A stretch of DNA of 55,274 nucleotides from Candidatus Omnitrophota bacterium (GCA_015233495.1 JADFXQ010000001.1:132045-187318), one strand, 5' to 3'; shown: positions 21,861-32,602, counted from the stretch's first letter. A program made the numbers and translations. The notes: generated from the sequence alone by a model not told the origin.

Positions 21861-23024
21861 TTAAAAAAATATCTTCTTTAAGCATCTCACCAAGCTGTCA
21901 ATATCCTCAGCCATATGCGACACGGTCACCGTCATCCGCAAACGCGCGGTTCCCCGCGGCACGGTCGGCGGCCGGATCGCGCTGATAAAAAAACCCTGTT
22001 CCAGCAACTGCCGGGACAAAGCCGTGGCCTTAAAATCATCACCGATGAAAATCGGAATGATCGGCGTTTGCGAATTCCCAATATCAAAACCGGCGTTTTT
22101 TAAAAGACTTCTGGCCAAGCCGGCATTGCTTAATAATTTTTTTCGCCGCGCCTGATCCGTGGACATAATGTCTACCGCGGCCCGCGCTGCCGCGGCTACC
22201 GCCGGGGGCAAGGCAGTGGTATAAATAAACGGCCGGGAAAAATTGATTAAAAAATCCGTCAATAGCCGGTCGCCGCAGACATACGCCCCAAAACATCCTG
22301 CCGCTTTGGAAAGCGTTCCCATCTGAATGTCAATCCGGCCTTCCAGGCCAAAATGTTCCGCCGCGCCCTGGCCCGTATTCCCGAGCACGCCGGTCGCGTG
22401 CGCTTCATCAATCATCAAAATACAATCATAAGCCTCCGCCAGCTGAACCAAACGCGGCAAATCCGCCAAATCCCCGTCCATACTAAAAACGCTGTCCGTG
22501 ACAATCAGCCGCCGGCGAAACTCCTGTCCTGCCGCTAATAACTTTTCCAAACCCGACAGGTCATTATGCGGATAACGGCATAATTTTGCCCGGCTCAAAA
22601 TAATCCCGTCCACAATCGAAGCATGATTCAACCGGTCAGAATAAACCGCGTCTTCCCTGCCGCACAACGCGGAAATAACCCCGAGGTTGGCGGCATAACC
22701 ACTGTTAAAAAGCAAAGCGCTCTCGCAGCCTTTCCAGGCAGCGATCCGGGCTTCCAGTTCAAGATGCGGCGTCATATTTCCGCAAATCAATCGGGAAGCG
22801 CCGGCGCCGACTCCGTATTCGCTCAGCGCTTGCGCCGCAGTCGCGGCCAAACGGCTATCCGCGGCCAAGCCCAAATAATCATTCGAGCAAAAATTCAAAA
22901 CCTCCCGCCCCTCAATCACCGCGGTCCGCCCCTGCGGCGAAGATTGCGAACGGAATTTTCGCCGCAAGTGTTGTTGCTCAAGCGCGCTTATTTCGCCGCT
23001 TAAGATTTCTGCAAATCGATTCAT
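21861..23024 (-). CDS. bioF: 8-amino-7-oxononanoate synthase
   Basis: NFCSNDYLGL, SGY.AN, DRLNHASIVDG, VFSMDGD, IDEAH, GTLSKA and IRPPTVP motifs. Confidence 0.97.
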   Translation of the reverse strand: MNRFAEILSGEISALEQQHLRRKFRSQSSPQGRTAVIEGREVLNFCSNDYLGLAADSRLAATAAQALSEYGVGAGASRLICGNMTPHLELEARIAAWKGCESALLFNSGYAANLGVISALCGREDAVYSDRLNHASIVDGIILSRAKLCRYPHNDLSGLEKLLAAGQEFRRRLIVTDSVFSMDGDLADLPRLVQLAEAYDCILMIDEAHATGVLGNTGQGAAEHFGLEGRIDIQMGTLSKAAGCFGAYVCGDRLLTDFLINFSRPFIYTTALPPAVAAAARAAVDIMSTDQARRKKLLSNAGLARSLLKNAGFDIGNSQTPIIPIFIGDDFKATALSRQLLEQGFFISAIRPPTVPRGTARLRMTVTVSHMAEDIDSLVRCLKKIFF

Positions 23025-23112
23025 ATTTCGCGAATTTCCTCTGCGATACCCAAACCGCGCCTACCGGCCAACATCAAAACGCGATATCTCTTCGTGGAAT
23101 ATAGCTGACAAC

Positions 23113-24072
23113 TTAAGCGGCGCTTACATCCCCGCTCATTTTTTTTATCAGTTTCCCTGTTCTGATCCTGATCAACAATCCCCCATCCGAATCAATATCC
23201 ACCGCCTCGCCCTTGAGCCGCTTCCCTTGATCTTCAAATTGAACCTGCCTTCCTAAGGTCACGGATAATTGCCGCCAACGATTGAAAATACTTTTCCATC
23301 CGGTTTGCAACGCGGTAAAATAATTCTGTTCCCAAAGCGTTAATATTTCTTTTAATAATTCCACCCGGGAAAAATTTTTGCCCGCCGCGACGCTCAGCGC
23401 TGTGGCGCCGGGCGGCAGATTCGCCAAATCCGTATTCACGTTTAATCCCACGCCAATTATCAAAGAATGAACCCGATCCATATCCGCGCTCATTTCCGTC
23501 AAAATACCGGCAACTTTTTTGCCGCGGCACAAAATATCATTCGGCCATTTGATCCCGGCCGCGATCCCCGTATGGCGGTTGACTGCCGCGCACCAGGACA
23601 CCGCAGTGAGCAAAGTAAGCGGCGCCGCATCCCGAGGAGGCAGGGGCGGCCGCAGGATCAGCGACAGATAAATCCCGCCGCTGGACGGAGAAACCCATTC
23701 CCGGCCCATCCGGCCTTTCCCTTTGGTCTGCTGCTCCGCAACCACCACGGTCCCTTCCGCCGCTTTGTCAGCCGCTAATCGCGCCGCCTCCGGCATCGTG
23801 GAAGCGAGCGTTTCAAAATGATATGCCGCCCGGCCGAAACAACGCGTTGACAAACCGGCGGTGATTTCCCTGGCATAAAGTTTATCCGGCAGTCCGACCA
23901 AATGATAGCCTAATTTGGTAGACGCGCCGATCGCGTATCCCTGACCTCTAAGTTCACGGATATTTTTCCACACCGCGGCGCGGCTGATCCCCAACCGGCG
24001 GCTGATAGCCTCGCCGGATATCCGCTCCCGAGCCTGACGCAACAGAACCATAATTTGATCTTGCGGGGACAT
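23113..24072 (-). CDS. birA: Bifunctional biotin-protein ligase / biotin operon repressor (class II, with wHTH)
   Basis: N-terminal SGE.IS..LGISRAAVWK.I..LR..GY helix-turn-helix. Ligase motifs QT.GKGR.GR.W.SP, KWPND and KVAGIL. Confidence 0.96.
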   Translation of the reverse strand: MSPQDQIMVLLRQARERISGEAISRRLGISRAAVWKNIRELRGQGYAIGASTKLGYHLVGLPDKLYAREITAGLSTRCFGRAAYHFETLASTMPEAARLAADKAAEGTVVVAEQQTKGKGRMGREWVSPSSGGIYLSLILRPPLPPRDAAPLTLLTAVSWCAAVNRHTGIAAGIKWPNDILCRGKKVAGILTEMSADMDRVHSLIIGVGLNVNTDLANLPPGATALSVAAGKNFSRVELLKEILTLWEQNYFTALQTGWKSIFNRWRQLSVTLGRQVQFEDQGKRLKGEAVDIDSDGGLLIRIRTGKLIKKMSGDVSAA

Positions 24073-24099
24073 ACGCCTATATTATCCGGCGGCCCTTGA

Positions 24100-24133
24100 A
24101 TTGTCAACCGCAGATCTTCCTATGGTTAACAAT
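24100..24133. promoter_or_regulatory. BirA operator overlapping the -35 of the birA-bio promoter
   Basis: ATTGTCAACC-N14-GGTTAACAAT matches the established BirA palindrome TGTnAAC-N14-16-GTTnACA. The left arm reads TTGACA on the minus strand, 17 nt from TAATAT (24079-24084). Confidence 0.9.
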
Positions 24134-24142
24134 GAAAATTTT

Positions 24143-24171
24143 TTGCACAGAAAAAATATTTATGATATATT
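24143..24171 (+). promoter_or_regulatory. Putative sigma70 promoter for tRNA-Ala
   Basis: TTGCAC-17 nt-TATATT with a TGn extension, 26 nt before the tRNA. Confidence 0.6.
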
Positions 24172-24197
24172 GATGGCTCTTTGGCTCAAAAGTCTAC

Positions 24198-24270
<73 letters not shown>

Positions 24271-24427
24271 TTTATGCCCTTGCGTACGATGTGGGCCTGG
24301 TTATACAGCTATCGCTTTTTTAAAAGTTGTATTTGTTTTGAAAAACTCGAAAATAGACATTAGCGATTAGACCGCAATCGATTTTTTGCTTGATCTAATT
24401 TCGTAGGTCGATTTTCGATTGTTCTGC

Positions 24428-24459
24428 AAATATTTTTCGCCTGCAGGCGAAAAATATTT
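24428..24459. repeat. Perfect 32-bp palindrome immediately 5' of tRNA-Leu
   Basis: AAATATTTTTCGCCTGCAGGCGAAAAATATTT equals its own reverse complement. Confidence 0.9.
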
Positions 24460-24461
24460 AC

Positions 24462-24545
24462 GCTGGAGTGGCGGAATTGGTATACGCGCTGGTCTCAAAA
24501 ACCAGTGTCCTCACGGGCGCGAGGGTTCAAATCCCTCCTCCAGCA
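24462..24545 (+). tRNA. tRNA-Leu (CAA)
   Basis: Acceptor stem GCTGGAG/CTCCAGC-A, anticodon arm CTGGT-CTCAAAA-ACCAG, long variable arm and T-loop GTTCAAAT. Confidence 0.97.
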
Positions 24546-24594
24546 TTTTTTTGGCCATAGGCCAAAAAAAATAAAGCCCCGCGAACAGCGGGGC
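24546..24594. terminator. Tandem hairpins between tRNA-Leu and the convergent MCP gene
   Basis: T7GGCC-ATA-GGCCA7 and GCCCCGC-GAACA-GCGGGGC. Both are followed by T-runs on the minus strand. Confidence 0.65.
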
Positions 24595-24617
24595 GATCAC
24601 CTCTCACCTTTTTCCTC

Positions 24618-26564
24618 TCATAACCTTTCCGCTTCCTTTAATTTAAATCCTTCTATGGCTATCTTTAATTTTTGAGCCAATTCACTCAAAGCCGTTGCGG
24701 ATGCCGCCGCCTGCTTAGTCGAGGCCGCGAACTGCTTGGTCACGGAATTGATATCCTGTATCGCCTGCACCGTCTGCTCGGACGCTGTCCGCTGTTGTTG
24801 CGTTGCGATCGAGATTTCCTTTGCCGCGCTGGCCGTATCCCGGACCATCGCTAAGCCTTTCGCCACCCATTTTGTCGAGTCCTCAATCCCCATGATCGTC
24901 GAGCTGGCTTCCGTCTGAATCTCAGCGATCAACCGCCGAATCTCCTGGGTCGACTCCGAGGAACGCTCCGCGAGCTTCCTGACTTCCTGCGCCACCACCG
25001 CAAACCCTCGGCCCGCCTCCCCTGCCCGGGCGGCCTCAATCGCCGCGTTCAGAGCCAAAAGATTGGTCTGCTCCGCGATATCATCAATCAACTTAGTAAT
25101 GTTACCAATCGACTGGGATTTCTCTCCCAGCGCCATAATCTTCTTCGCTGTGGCATCCACACGCGAACTGATCTCATCCATCCCAGCCAACGTCTGCTCC
25201 GCGCTTTTTGCCACATTCTGCGCGTTCTGCGCAATCTGCGCCGCTGTAGCCGAAAGTTCTTTGACCGTAGTCGATGCCTCGTTCATGGTAGAGGACTGCT
25301 CCATAGCCCCGGAAGCCTGATCTTGCGCCGTGGATTGGATCTGCGCGGATGACGAGGTCATCACCATGCAGGTGCCCCGGATCTGCCGAATCATCCCCGA
25401 CAATTTCTCCGAAAAATTATCCATGACCCTGGCCATATCCCCTATCTCGTCTTTCCGGAAAATATGCAGTCGCTGGGTCAAGTCATAATCCGCCATACGG
25501 TTTAACGCATCCATCCCCTGGCCCAGCGGACGGGTGATTGACGCTGATACCCAAACCGCCAAAAAAAATCCAGCCAGCACAAATAAAAGCAAACAAATAA
25601 TCATCATGCGGCGAATTTTGACGATCGGCAGCAATAGCTCTGATAAATAACTTCCCGACACAAAATACCAATCGAGGCTCTCGTTATAGATATATGCAAC
25701 GATCTTTTTCCTGCCTTCCCAGACATAAGTCCAAATGCCTTCTTTCTCGGCCAGGATATGTTTGGCAAAATCGTAATGCGCAATATTCTGACCTTCTATC
25801 TTTGGATGAAGAAGAACATCTCCTTTACTGTTCATAATGTACGCATATCCCGTGACGCCGCTCTTGATCGACTTCCATGCCGCATAATGACTCTGAAAAA
25901 CATCCTTCACTTTTATTCCGACAAAAAATAGCGCGGTCACCTGCCCATTTTGATCCTTCATGGTTCGATAGCGGATAAAATAATCCTCACCCAAAAGAGG
26001 CACGCGCCCTTTATAATCCCCATGGGCCGCCATAACTTTAGCAAAGACAGCGGTATCCAGTTTAGTGCCAACGACCCGCTTGCCGTTCGCGTCTTTCACC
26101 GAGGTTGTTATGCTAACTGCCTCACCCTGCTCCACCTTAAACATGATCATCACATAACCCGGACCGGCCGATCTGCTTACATAATCAATGAAATCATGGT
26201 TCTCCGCGCTAAAAGCGCGCTTCTGCCCGTCAGCCGACACACAAGTCAGTCCGCCATTCTCGATCTCCACAAATCGCTGCCCCTGCGCGAATCCAGAAAA
26301 TGCCTTGGCCTCCATCAAAGCCAATGCAATTTCCAATTTTCCCTCAATACTCTGAACCGTTTGACCAACCTCTTGACTGAGTTCAGCTACCTGGTCGTGC
26401 AATTTCTCCTTAAGCTGTTCAATTAAAGCCTGATTCGACAAGTTGTAGGTTATGACCCCTAATAATAAAAGCGGCGCTATGATAAAAATCAATAAAACCA
26501 CAATCAACTTTGTCTTCATCGTCCAATTATCGAAAAACATAATCCCTTTCTCCCTTTCCTTCAT
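24618..26564 (-). CDS. Methyl-accepting chemotaxis protein (TM-Cache domains-TM-HAMP-MA)
   Basis: Two TM helices, Cache motif GYAYI.NS.G.VL.HP, HAMP motif RKDEIG and signalling tip [37 protein letters not shown]. Alternative start ATG 26540. Confidence 0.95.
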   Translation of the reverse strand: MKEREKGIMFFDNWTMKTKLIVVLLIFIIAPLLLLGVITYNLSNQALIEQLKEKLHDQVAELSQEVGQTVQSIEGKLEIALALMEAKAFSGFAQGQRFVEIENGGLTCVSADGQKRAFSAENHDFIDYVSRSAGPGYVMIMFKVEQGEAVSITTSVKDANGKRVVGTKLDTAVFAKVMAAHGDYKGRVPLLGEDYFIRYRTMKDQNGQVTALFFVGIKVKDVFQSHYAAWKSIKSGVTGYAYIMNSKGDVLLHPKIEGQNIAHYDFAKHILAEKEGIWTYVWEGRKKIVAYIYNESLDWYFVSGSYLSELLLPIVKIRRMMIICLLLFVLAGFFLAVWVSASITRPLGQGMDALNRMADYDLTQRLHIFRKDEIGDMARVMDNFSEKLSGMIRQIRGTCMVMTSSSAQIQSTAQDQASGAMEQSSTMNEASTTVKELSATAAQIAQNAQNVAKSAEQTLAGMDEISSRVDATAKKIMALGEKSQSIGNITKLIDDIAEQTNLLALNAAIEAARAGEAGRGFAVVAQEVRKLAERSSESTQEIRRLIAEIQTEASSTIMGIEDSTKWVAKGLAMVRDTASAAKEISIATQQQRTASEQTVQAIQDINSVTKQFAASTKQAAASATALSELAQKLKIAIEGFKLKEAERL

Positions 26565-26929
26565 TCCCCGACCATTTTATAGACCATCTCCAACAGCTCC
26601 GCGTTGGAAAACGGTTTTTTCAGCGTGGCGCCGACATTCAAAATCCGGACTACTTCCAAATATTCATCCGCCGTGCCTAAGCCCCCGCCGGAAATCGCGA
26701 TGATTTTTACGCCGGGAAATTCTTTCTTCAAATCCATAATCACCCGTATCCCGCCTTTGATCGGCATTATGATGTCGGTGATGACCAGATCCGCCGGATT
26801 TTCTCTATATATCTGGATACCCTCAGCGCCGTTCACTGCCGTGATCACCGTGTAATTTTTTCGTTCCAATATTTCCTGCAGCGTCAAACGAAACGACTCA
26901 TCATCATCAATAATCAAAATCCGCGGCAT
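26561..26929 (-). CDS. Single-domain response regulator (receiver)
   Basis: [24 protein letters not shown] and L.KPF motifs. Confidence 0.95.
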   Translation of the reverse strand: MPRILIIDDDESFRLTLQEILERKNYTVITAVNGAEGIQIYRENPADLVITDIIMPIKGGIRVIMDLKKEFPGVKIIAISGGGLGTADEYLEVVRILNVGATLKKPFSNAELLEMVYKMVGE

Positions 26930-26943
26930 AGATTGATCCTTTT

Positions 26944-28881
26944 TTAAAGAGGGTAATTTTTACAAGGTAAAAATATATGAAAGGTCGTGCCTTGAAGGGG
27001 AAAGCTTTCCACAATAATTTTACCGCCGTATCCGGTGATCACGCCATACACTAAAGAAAGCCCCAAACCAGTGCCTTGACCCAATTCCTTGGTCGTAAAA
27101 AACGGCTCGAATATCCGTTCTTTGGTCGCTGAATCCATGCCGCATCCGTTGTCTTTGATCGTCAATTCCACCCATTCGCCGGTTTTAAGAGCGGCGATCC
27201 GCGCGATAGCCCGGGCATCCATGTTCATTCGGGACAATCCGACTTCAATCACCCCGCCGGCCTTATCGATCGCCTGATAACTGTTGGTCAGTATATTCAA
27301 AATCATATGCTGCATCTGGTTCGGGTCAACGGACACCACGGCGTTTTCCGAGTTGAAAGATTCGCGGATTTCCACTGCTCCTTTCAAAGACGCGCGAAAC
27401 ATTTCTACGGCGTTTTTGATAATCGGCCGGATTGCCACGTCCCGGATCTCTTGCTTGGCTGATCGGCTAAACGACAAAATTTGTTCCGTCAATTTTTGGG
27501 CGCTTTCCACTCCCTGCACAATCCGTTCCAAATCTCTGCGGGTGCGGCTGCTCGGCGCGACATCGTCCAAAGCCATTTCCGCGCAGCCGCGGATCGAACC
27601 TAAAATATTATTGAAATTATGCGCGACCCCGCTGGCCAAAGTGCCGATCGATTCCATTTTTTGCGCTTGGAAAAATTGTTGCTGCAGATTTTCTTTGTCT
27701 TCTTCGGCTTGTTTGCGCTCTGTCACGTCCCAAATCACCCCCTTGACCTTAACTGGCTGCCCGGAGGCATCGCGGACCAGCTGTCCGCGGGCGCAAATAT
27801 AATGAACGCTTTGGTCCGGCCAAACCACCCGGTATTCCACCGCATAACTCTGCCCGCTTGCGATCGTCTGCTGCAGGGCGGACTGAATGCTTTCCCGGTC
27901 TTGCGGATGCACAATATTAATAAATTCTTCGGCTGAACCATGAAAGCTTTCCGGATCAATCCCTAAAATACGGCAGACTTGGGCATCAAAAATCCGCAGA
28001 TTCTTCCGCAACTCATAACTCCACACACCCATGCCGGAAGATTTTAAGGCAAGATCCAATTTCACTTTATCGGAAAGCATTTCCGCGATCATTTTTCTCC
28101 GTTCCGTGATATCCCGGATGAAAACCACCACCCCTTGCTGCCCCTGAAACCGCACCGGCGCGGCAGTGGTTTCCACCTCGACCGTTGTTCCATCCAAGCG
28201 AAGATATTTTTGTTCGGAAAACGGCACCGCGCCGCCCGGCATAGATTGCAGCTGCTTCACCCGCTCTCGAATCGTCTCGAAAGAATCCGGATGAAAAAAA
28301 TCCCACATACTCTTGCCAATCAATTCTTCCGGCCGCGACGCGCCGAACAATTTCAAGGCCGCGGGGTTCAGATAGGTGAAATTCCCGCCGGACTTCATAT
28401 AAATAGCGTCGGGAGCCATATCGAAAATCATTCTAAACCGCTCTTCGCTTTCGCTCAATAGGGCTTGCGCGCTTTTCCACTCGGTAATATCCTTAGCTAC
28501 GCACACCAGCCCGCGCCGCGGAAGAAAACCTCCCAGTTTCGCTGAAGGGGTCAAATCATCTACCGGCGGCGAGCCTGCGGCCGCTTCAATCACCGAACAG
28601 CTTAAGAGAACCGGAATCGTGTCCCCGTCTTTAGTTTTCCAGGTTGCCTCAAATTGCCGCAACAATCCGTCCTGCTGAAACCGCAAAAACAATTCATCTT
28701 TCAAAGGAACATTTTTCGGGTCGGCAAACAACAAACTAACGTCCCGGCCGATAAGCTCTGACGGGGAATACCCCAACAGTTTTACCGTAGCTTTATTTGC
28801 CAAGCTGATCTTCGCGTCAGCTCCCAGCACAAATAAAGGATCGGTCATGCTGTTTAGGATGGTTTGGAAATAATGAATCAT
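26944..28881 (-). CDS. Cytoplasmic sensor histidine kinase with three PAS/PAC domains
   Basis: Three PAS domains ending in D(I/V)TE; QAQKMESIGTLASGVAHNFNNIL H-box; N-box; DNGCGM; IFEPFFTTK..G.GTGLGL. Confidence 0.95.
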   Translation of the reverse strand: MIHYFQTILNSMTDPLFVLGADAKISLANKATVKLLGYSPSELIGRDVSLLFADPKNVPLKDELFLRFQQDGLLRQFEATWKTKDGDTIPVLLSCSVIEAAAGSPPVDDLTPSAKLGGFLPRRGLVCVAKDITEWKSAQALLSESEERFRMIFDMAPDAIYMKSGGNFTYLNPAALKLFGASRPEELIGKSMWDFFHPDSFETIRERVKQLQSMPGGAVPFSEQKYLRLDGTTVEVETTAAPVRFQGQQGVVVFIRDITERRKMIAEMLSDKVKLDLALKSSGMGVWSYELRKNLRIFDAQVCRILGIDPESFHGSAEEFINIVHPQDRESIQSALQQTIASGQSYAVEYRVVWPDQSVHYICARGQLVRDASGQPVKVKGVIWDVTERKQAEEDKENLQQQFFQAQKMESIGTLASGVAHNFNNILGSIRGCAEMALDDVAPSSRTRRDLERIVQGVESAQKLTEQILSFSRSAKQEIRDVAIRPIIKNAVEMFRASLKGAVEIRESFNSENAVVSVDPNQMQHMILNILTNSYQAIDKAGGVIEVGLSRMNMDARAIARIAALKTGEWVELTIKDNGCGMDSATKERIFEPFFTTKELGQGTGLGLSLVYGVITGYGGKIIVESFPLQGTTFHIFLPCKNYPL

Positions 28882-28924
28882 AAAGGGATAAGATTATTAT
28901 ATGCCGGATAAAATCCTCGGCAAT

Positions 28925-29968
28925 TTAAAAGGCAGATATTAAACGTCCCCCGCGCAACTGCCCGCAGGCCGCGGGCATATCGCGACCGCGCGAGGCGCGC
29001 AAAGTGGCGTGAACGCCCCGGCGTTTAAGCTCCTGCTGAAACATCCGGACCTCCGCCGCCTCAGGCGTTTGATAACTAAACCCGACAACCGGATTATACG
29101 CGATCAGATTCATTTTAGCGATAATACCTTGGAATAATCTGGCTAATTGTCGGGCAGCTAGGGAAGTACAGGTGAGGTCTTTGATAAGCAGATATTCAAA
29201 AGTGATTTGTCGGTTGGTCTTCTGACAATAGGCCCGGCAAGCGGTCAGGAGTGCATTAAGGGGATACCGCCGGTTGACCGGCATCAGTTGATCCCGCAGT
29301 CCGTCGTCTGAGGCGTGCAGGGAAACCGCGAGTTCGAACTGCAAACCCTCATCGGCTAAACGCATAATCCCCGGGACAATCCCGCAAGTTGAAATCGTGA
29401 TCCGCCGCGCCGCAATGTTCATGCCCCGCCGGTCATTCAAAATACGCGCCGCCTTAATGACCTGATCATAATTGTCCAGCGGCTCGCCCATACCCATAAA
29501 AACAATATGCGAAACCGGCCGATCTGGCAAGGTCCCATTCGCCTCTAAAACTTGGGCGATGATTTCGCCGGCGGTCAAGTCGCGGCGAAAACCCGGTTGG
29601 CCGCTCGCGCAAAACTGACAGCCGAACTTGCATCCGGCTTGATTCGACACGCAAACCGTGCTCCGCTTTCCGGCGGGGATAAGCGCGGTTTCCACGCTTT
29701 CGCCGTCCGGCCAAGCAAATAAAAATTTAACCGTTCCGTCGGATGAATGGAATTTTTGCGCCGCGATTGGCCTGCCGAGAATAAAATACGCGGATAAGTT
29801 TTGGCGTAATTTTGCCGGCAAGTCGGTCATGCCGCTGAAATCCCGGACTGACTTACGGTAAATCCAGTCCCAGATTTGCCCAGGCCGAAAAGCAGTTTCA
29901 CCCTGATCGGACAACCAACCGGACAATTCGATATAATTCAAATCTAGAATATTGAGAAATTTAGACAT
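28925..29968 (-). CDS. rlmN: 23S rRNA m2A2503 / tRNA methyltransferase RlmN
   Basis: CVS.QAGCKFGCQFCASG, VFMGMGEPL.N, ITISTCG, LAVSLH and AACGQL motifs. Confidence 0.96.
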   Translation of the reverse strand: MSKFLNILDLNYIELSGWLSDQGETAFRPGQIWDWIYRKSVRDFSGMTDLPAKLRQNLSAYFILGRPIAAQKFHSSDGTVKFLFAWPDGESVETALIPAGKRSTVCVSNQAGCKFGCQFCASGQPGFRRDLTAGEIIAQVLEANGTLPDRPVSHIVFMGMGEPLDNYDQVIKAARILNDRRGMNIAARRITISTCGIVPGIMRLADEGLQFELAVSLHASDDGLRDQLMPVNRRYPLNALLTACRAYCQKTNRQITFEYLLIKDLTCTSLAARQLARLFQGIIAKMNLIAYNPVVGFSYQTPEAAEVRMFQQELKRRGVHATLRASRGRDMPAACGQLRGGRLISAF

Positions 29969-29995
29969 TTTCCGGATCTGCCCGGGTTAGGGGGA

Positions 29996-30955
29996 CTAAA
30001 CCGCAGCCTCGGTAAACTCACCAATGCGCCGGAAACGTTGATAACGTTTTTCCAGCAACTCTTCCGGCGAGAGGCCGAAAAAGGCTTTTAACGATTTGAG
30101 CAGCGCCCGTTTCATATCCTGATAGACTTGTTCCGGATTTTTATGCGCCCCGCCTAAAGGCTCGGGAATTATCTCATCAATGATGCCGAATTTTAAAAGA
30201 TGTTCTCCATTCAATTTCAAAGCTTCGGCAGCTTCCGGGGCTTTCATCGCGTTGCGCCATAAAATCGAAGCGCAGCCCTCCGGAGAAATGACCGAATAGT
30301 AGGCATGCTCGAGCATCATCACTTTATCCGCGACCCCGATCCCCAAGGCTCCGCCGCTGCCGCCTTCGCCGATTACCACCGAAATCAACGGCGTCGGAAC
30401 CCGCGCCATATCCCGCAAGTTCTCCGCTATGGCCTGGGCCTGGCCGCGCTCTTCCGCGCCGATCCCCGGATAGGCCCCGGGCGTGTCGATAAAACAAATA
30501 ACCGGCAAACCGCATTTCGCGGCCAAACGCATCAACCGGATGGCTTTGCGATATCCTTCCGGATGGGCGCAGCCGAAATTGCGCATAATATTTTCCGTAG
30601 TGTCCCGGCCTTTTTGATGGCCAAGCACCATAATTTTCCGGTCCCCCAAAGTGGCAAACCCGCCGACGATTGCCGTGTCATCCGCGAATTGGCGGTCGCC
30701 GCGCAGTTCGATAAAATCCGTCATGATCGTTTTAATATAATCCAAAGTGTATGGCCGATCCGGGTGCCGGGCAATCTGCACCCGCTGCCACACCCCGAGT
30801 TTGCCGTAAACCTGCTTGCGGACCTGCGCCAATTTTTCTTCCAGCCGTTTCAATTCCGGACCTAAAGGTATTTTGGAACCGGTGCCGAATTCGCGCAGTT
30901 CCTGAATTTTCCGTTCCAGTTCATAGATCGGACGTTCAAAATCGATGATACTCAT
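29996..30955 (-). CDS. accA: Acetyl-CoA carboxylase carboxyltransferase subunit alpha
   Basis: DFERPI, IARHP.RP, GHQKGR, PEGYRKA.R, DTPGAYPG, GEGGSGGA and YSVISPEGCA motifs. Start placed at ATG 30955 with a GGAG RBS. Confidence 0.98.
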   Translation of the reverse strand: MSIIDFERPIYELERKIQELREFGTGSKIPLGPELKRLEEKLAQVRKQVYGKLGVWQRVQIARHPDRPYTLDYIKTIMTDFIELRGDRQFADDTAIVGGFATLGDRKIMVLGHQKGRDTTENIMRNFGCAHPEGYRKAIRLMRLAAKCGLPVICFIDTPGAYPGIGAEERGQAQAIAENLRDMARVPTPLISVVIGEGGSGGALGIGVADKVMMLEHAYYSVISPEGCASILWRNAMKAPEAAEALKLNGEHLLKFGIIDEIIPEPLGGAHKNPEQVYQDMKRALLKSLKAFFGLSPEELLEKRYQRFRRIGEFTEAAV

Positions 30956-30974
30956 GTTATCTCCGTCTTTATAT

Positions 30975-31091
30975 GACACAAGACACAGGACACAAGTATT
31001 CTGTTTGCAAGTCCTGTTAGATTGAGGGAGCTTAGGCAGACCCCACAAAAAATTATCAAGACATAAACGACTTGTCCTTGTGTCTTGTGTC
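30975..31091. repeat. Heptamer-repeat inverted pair in the accA upstream spacer
   Basis: GACACAA-GACACAG-GACACAA (30975-30995) and ACTTGTCCT-TGTGTCT-TGTGTC (31070-31091) enclose about 75 bp. Confidence 0.7.
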
Positions 31092-31100
31092 TTTTATGCC

Positions 31101-31925
31101 TCAATCCTGGATCTTCACCTTCGTCCCCGTCGGAATTAACGTGTACAGCTCCGTCACATCTTCATTGCGCATGCGCACGCAGCCTGCCGTCACCTGCTGT
31201 CCGATTTTATCCGGCTCCACCGTGCCATGGATCCCATATCCGTCGATATTAAACCCGAGCCACCGCGCTCCCAGCACATTTGCCGGACTTTCCGGCGGCA
31301 CAACAATCCCTTTGTTAAACCAGACCGGATTCTCCAATTTATTGATGATCGTGAATTCTCCGACCGGCGTGGAATTGTTCGCGCCCGTTGAAACGCGATA
31401 GGTTTTAAACACCTCGTCGCCAACCAGCAAACGCAAAATGTTCTGCGATTTGTCGACGAAAATATGAAACGCTCCGGTCCACACGCGCAATTTTTGTCCC
31501 ACCCGGATCACATTTCCCGAAAGATTATTCATCTTTTTTATCAAGTCAACCGTCGTCCCGTATTTTTTCGCCAAAGCGCCGAGCGTATCCCCGGGCTGCA
31601 CATCATGCATCGCCGCGTAAGGCGATGGCCGGTTTTGCAAAATTGCCGCCATATTCACTTCTTCCAGGTCGCGCTGCACGGTTTCCGCTTGGGCATAATC
31701 CGGGCTTTTCTCCAGGATGTCCTGATAAATTTTCTTAGCCCCTTCGATATTGTTCTCTTGCCGCAGCTGTTTGGCTTGTTCATACAACCGCTGCGCGGTT
31801 TGGTCGGAAGCCAAAACCGTCGGAGTATCCGCCGGCGGTTTGGGCTTATGGCGGCTCAGAGCGAAACCCGCCCCGGCGGCCGCTAAAAGCGCTGCGACAA
31901 TAGCAATGACAAAATTTCGATTCAT
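31101..31925 (-). CDS. L,D-transpeptidase (YkuD) with LysM and TPR-like segment
   Basis: Signal/TM segment, LysM motif VQPGDTL..LAKKY and YkuD motif YGIHGT...IG...TAGCVRM.N. Start placed at ATG 31925. Confidence 0.93.
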   Translation of the reverse strand: MNRNFVIAIVAALLAAAGAGFALSRHKPKPPADTPTVLASDQTAQRLYEQAKQLRQENNIEGAKKIYQDILEKSPDYAQAETVQRDLEEVNMAAILQNRPSPYAAMHDVQPGDTLGALAKKYGTTVDLIKKMNNLSGNVIRVGQKLRVWTGAFHIFVDKSQNILRLLVGDEVFKTYRVSTGANNSTPVGEFTIINKLENPVWFNKGIVVPPESPANVLGARWLGFNIDGYGIHGTVEPDKIGQQVTAGCVRMRNEDVTELYTLIPTGTKVKIQD

Positions 31926-31981
31926 AAGCGGCTCCCCCTTACCGGCAAAGCGCTGCGGCAAGCTTAGCGGCCGCCCGTGCT

Positions 31982-32419
31982 TTATACCGTATATAAAACA
32001 TAAGAAAAAATAATCCCCAATACCGCGCCCACCAAAACTTGAAACGGCGAATGGCCGAGCAATTCCTTCAATCGGTTGCCTTCAAAACGCCCTTGGTAAA
32101 CATCATCTAAAATCTGATTCAAAATCACCGCCTGTTGACCCGCGGCCCGGCGCACGCCTTGCGCGTCAAACATGGTAACCAGCGCGAACACCGCGGCTAA
32201 AGCAAAAACCGGAGAAGCAAACCCTAACTGCAATCCGCAGGTTGTCGCGAGCGCCGCCGCGCCGGCAGCGTGGCTGGACGGCATCCCGCCGGTTCCGATA
32301 AACCAACGAAAATTAAACCGCCGCTCCTGAATAATCCCCAAACACACCTTGATCGCTTGGGCCACCGCCCAAACGGTTAAGGTGATTAATAAAATGCGGT
32401 TATCGAAAAAATTCCCCAA
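31982..32419 (-). CDS. Divergent PAP2 family membrane protein (DUF212)
   Basis: AQ.IK, TGGMPSSH, DA.GVRR.AG.QA.ILN and LKELLGH.P..V motifs. Confidence 0.93.
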   Translation of the reverse strand: MGNFFDNRILLITLTVWAVAQAIKVCLGIIQERRFNFRWFIGTGGMPSSHAAGAAALATTCGLQLGFASPVFALAAVFALVTMFDAQGVRRAAGQQAVILNQILDDVYQGRFEGNRLKELLGHSPFQVLVGAVLGIIFSYVLYTV

Positions 32420-32602
32420 AATATCCTCCGCCCGCGGCCGGCCGGGACCCTAAATCAGCATCAACGCCTATTGACTTCTAATCAAAATTGTGTTATTTTT
32501 ATCAAACAAAGCTTTCCCCGGACAGCTATCCCGCTTAAATAAGAACATTATCTTATAATACCCAAAAATAAAAAGCAAGGCCTTTGCCGGAACAGGAAAA
32601 AT

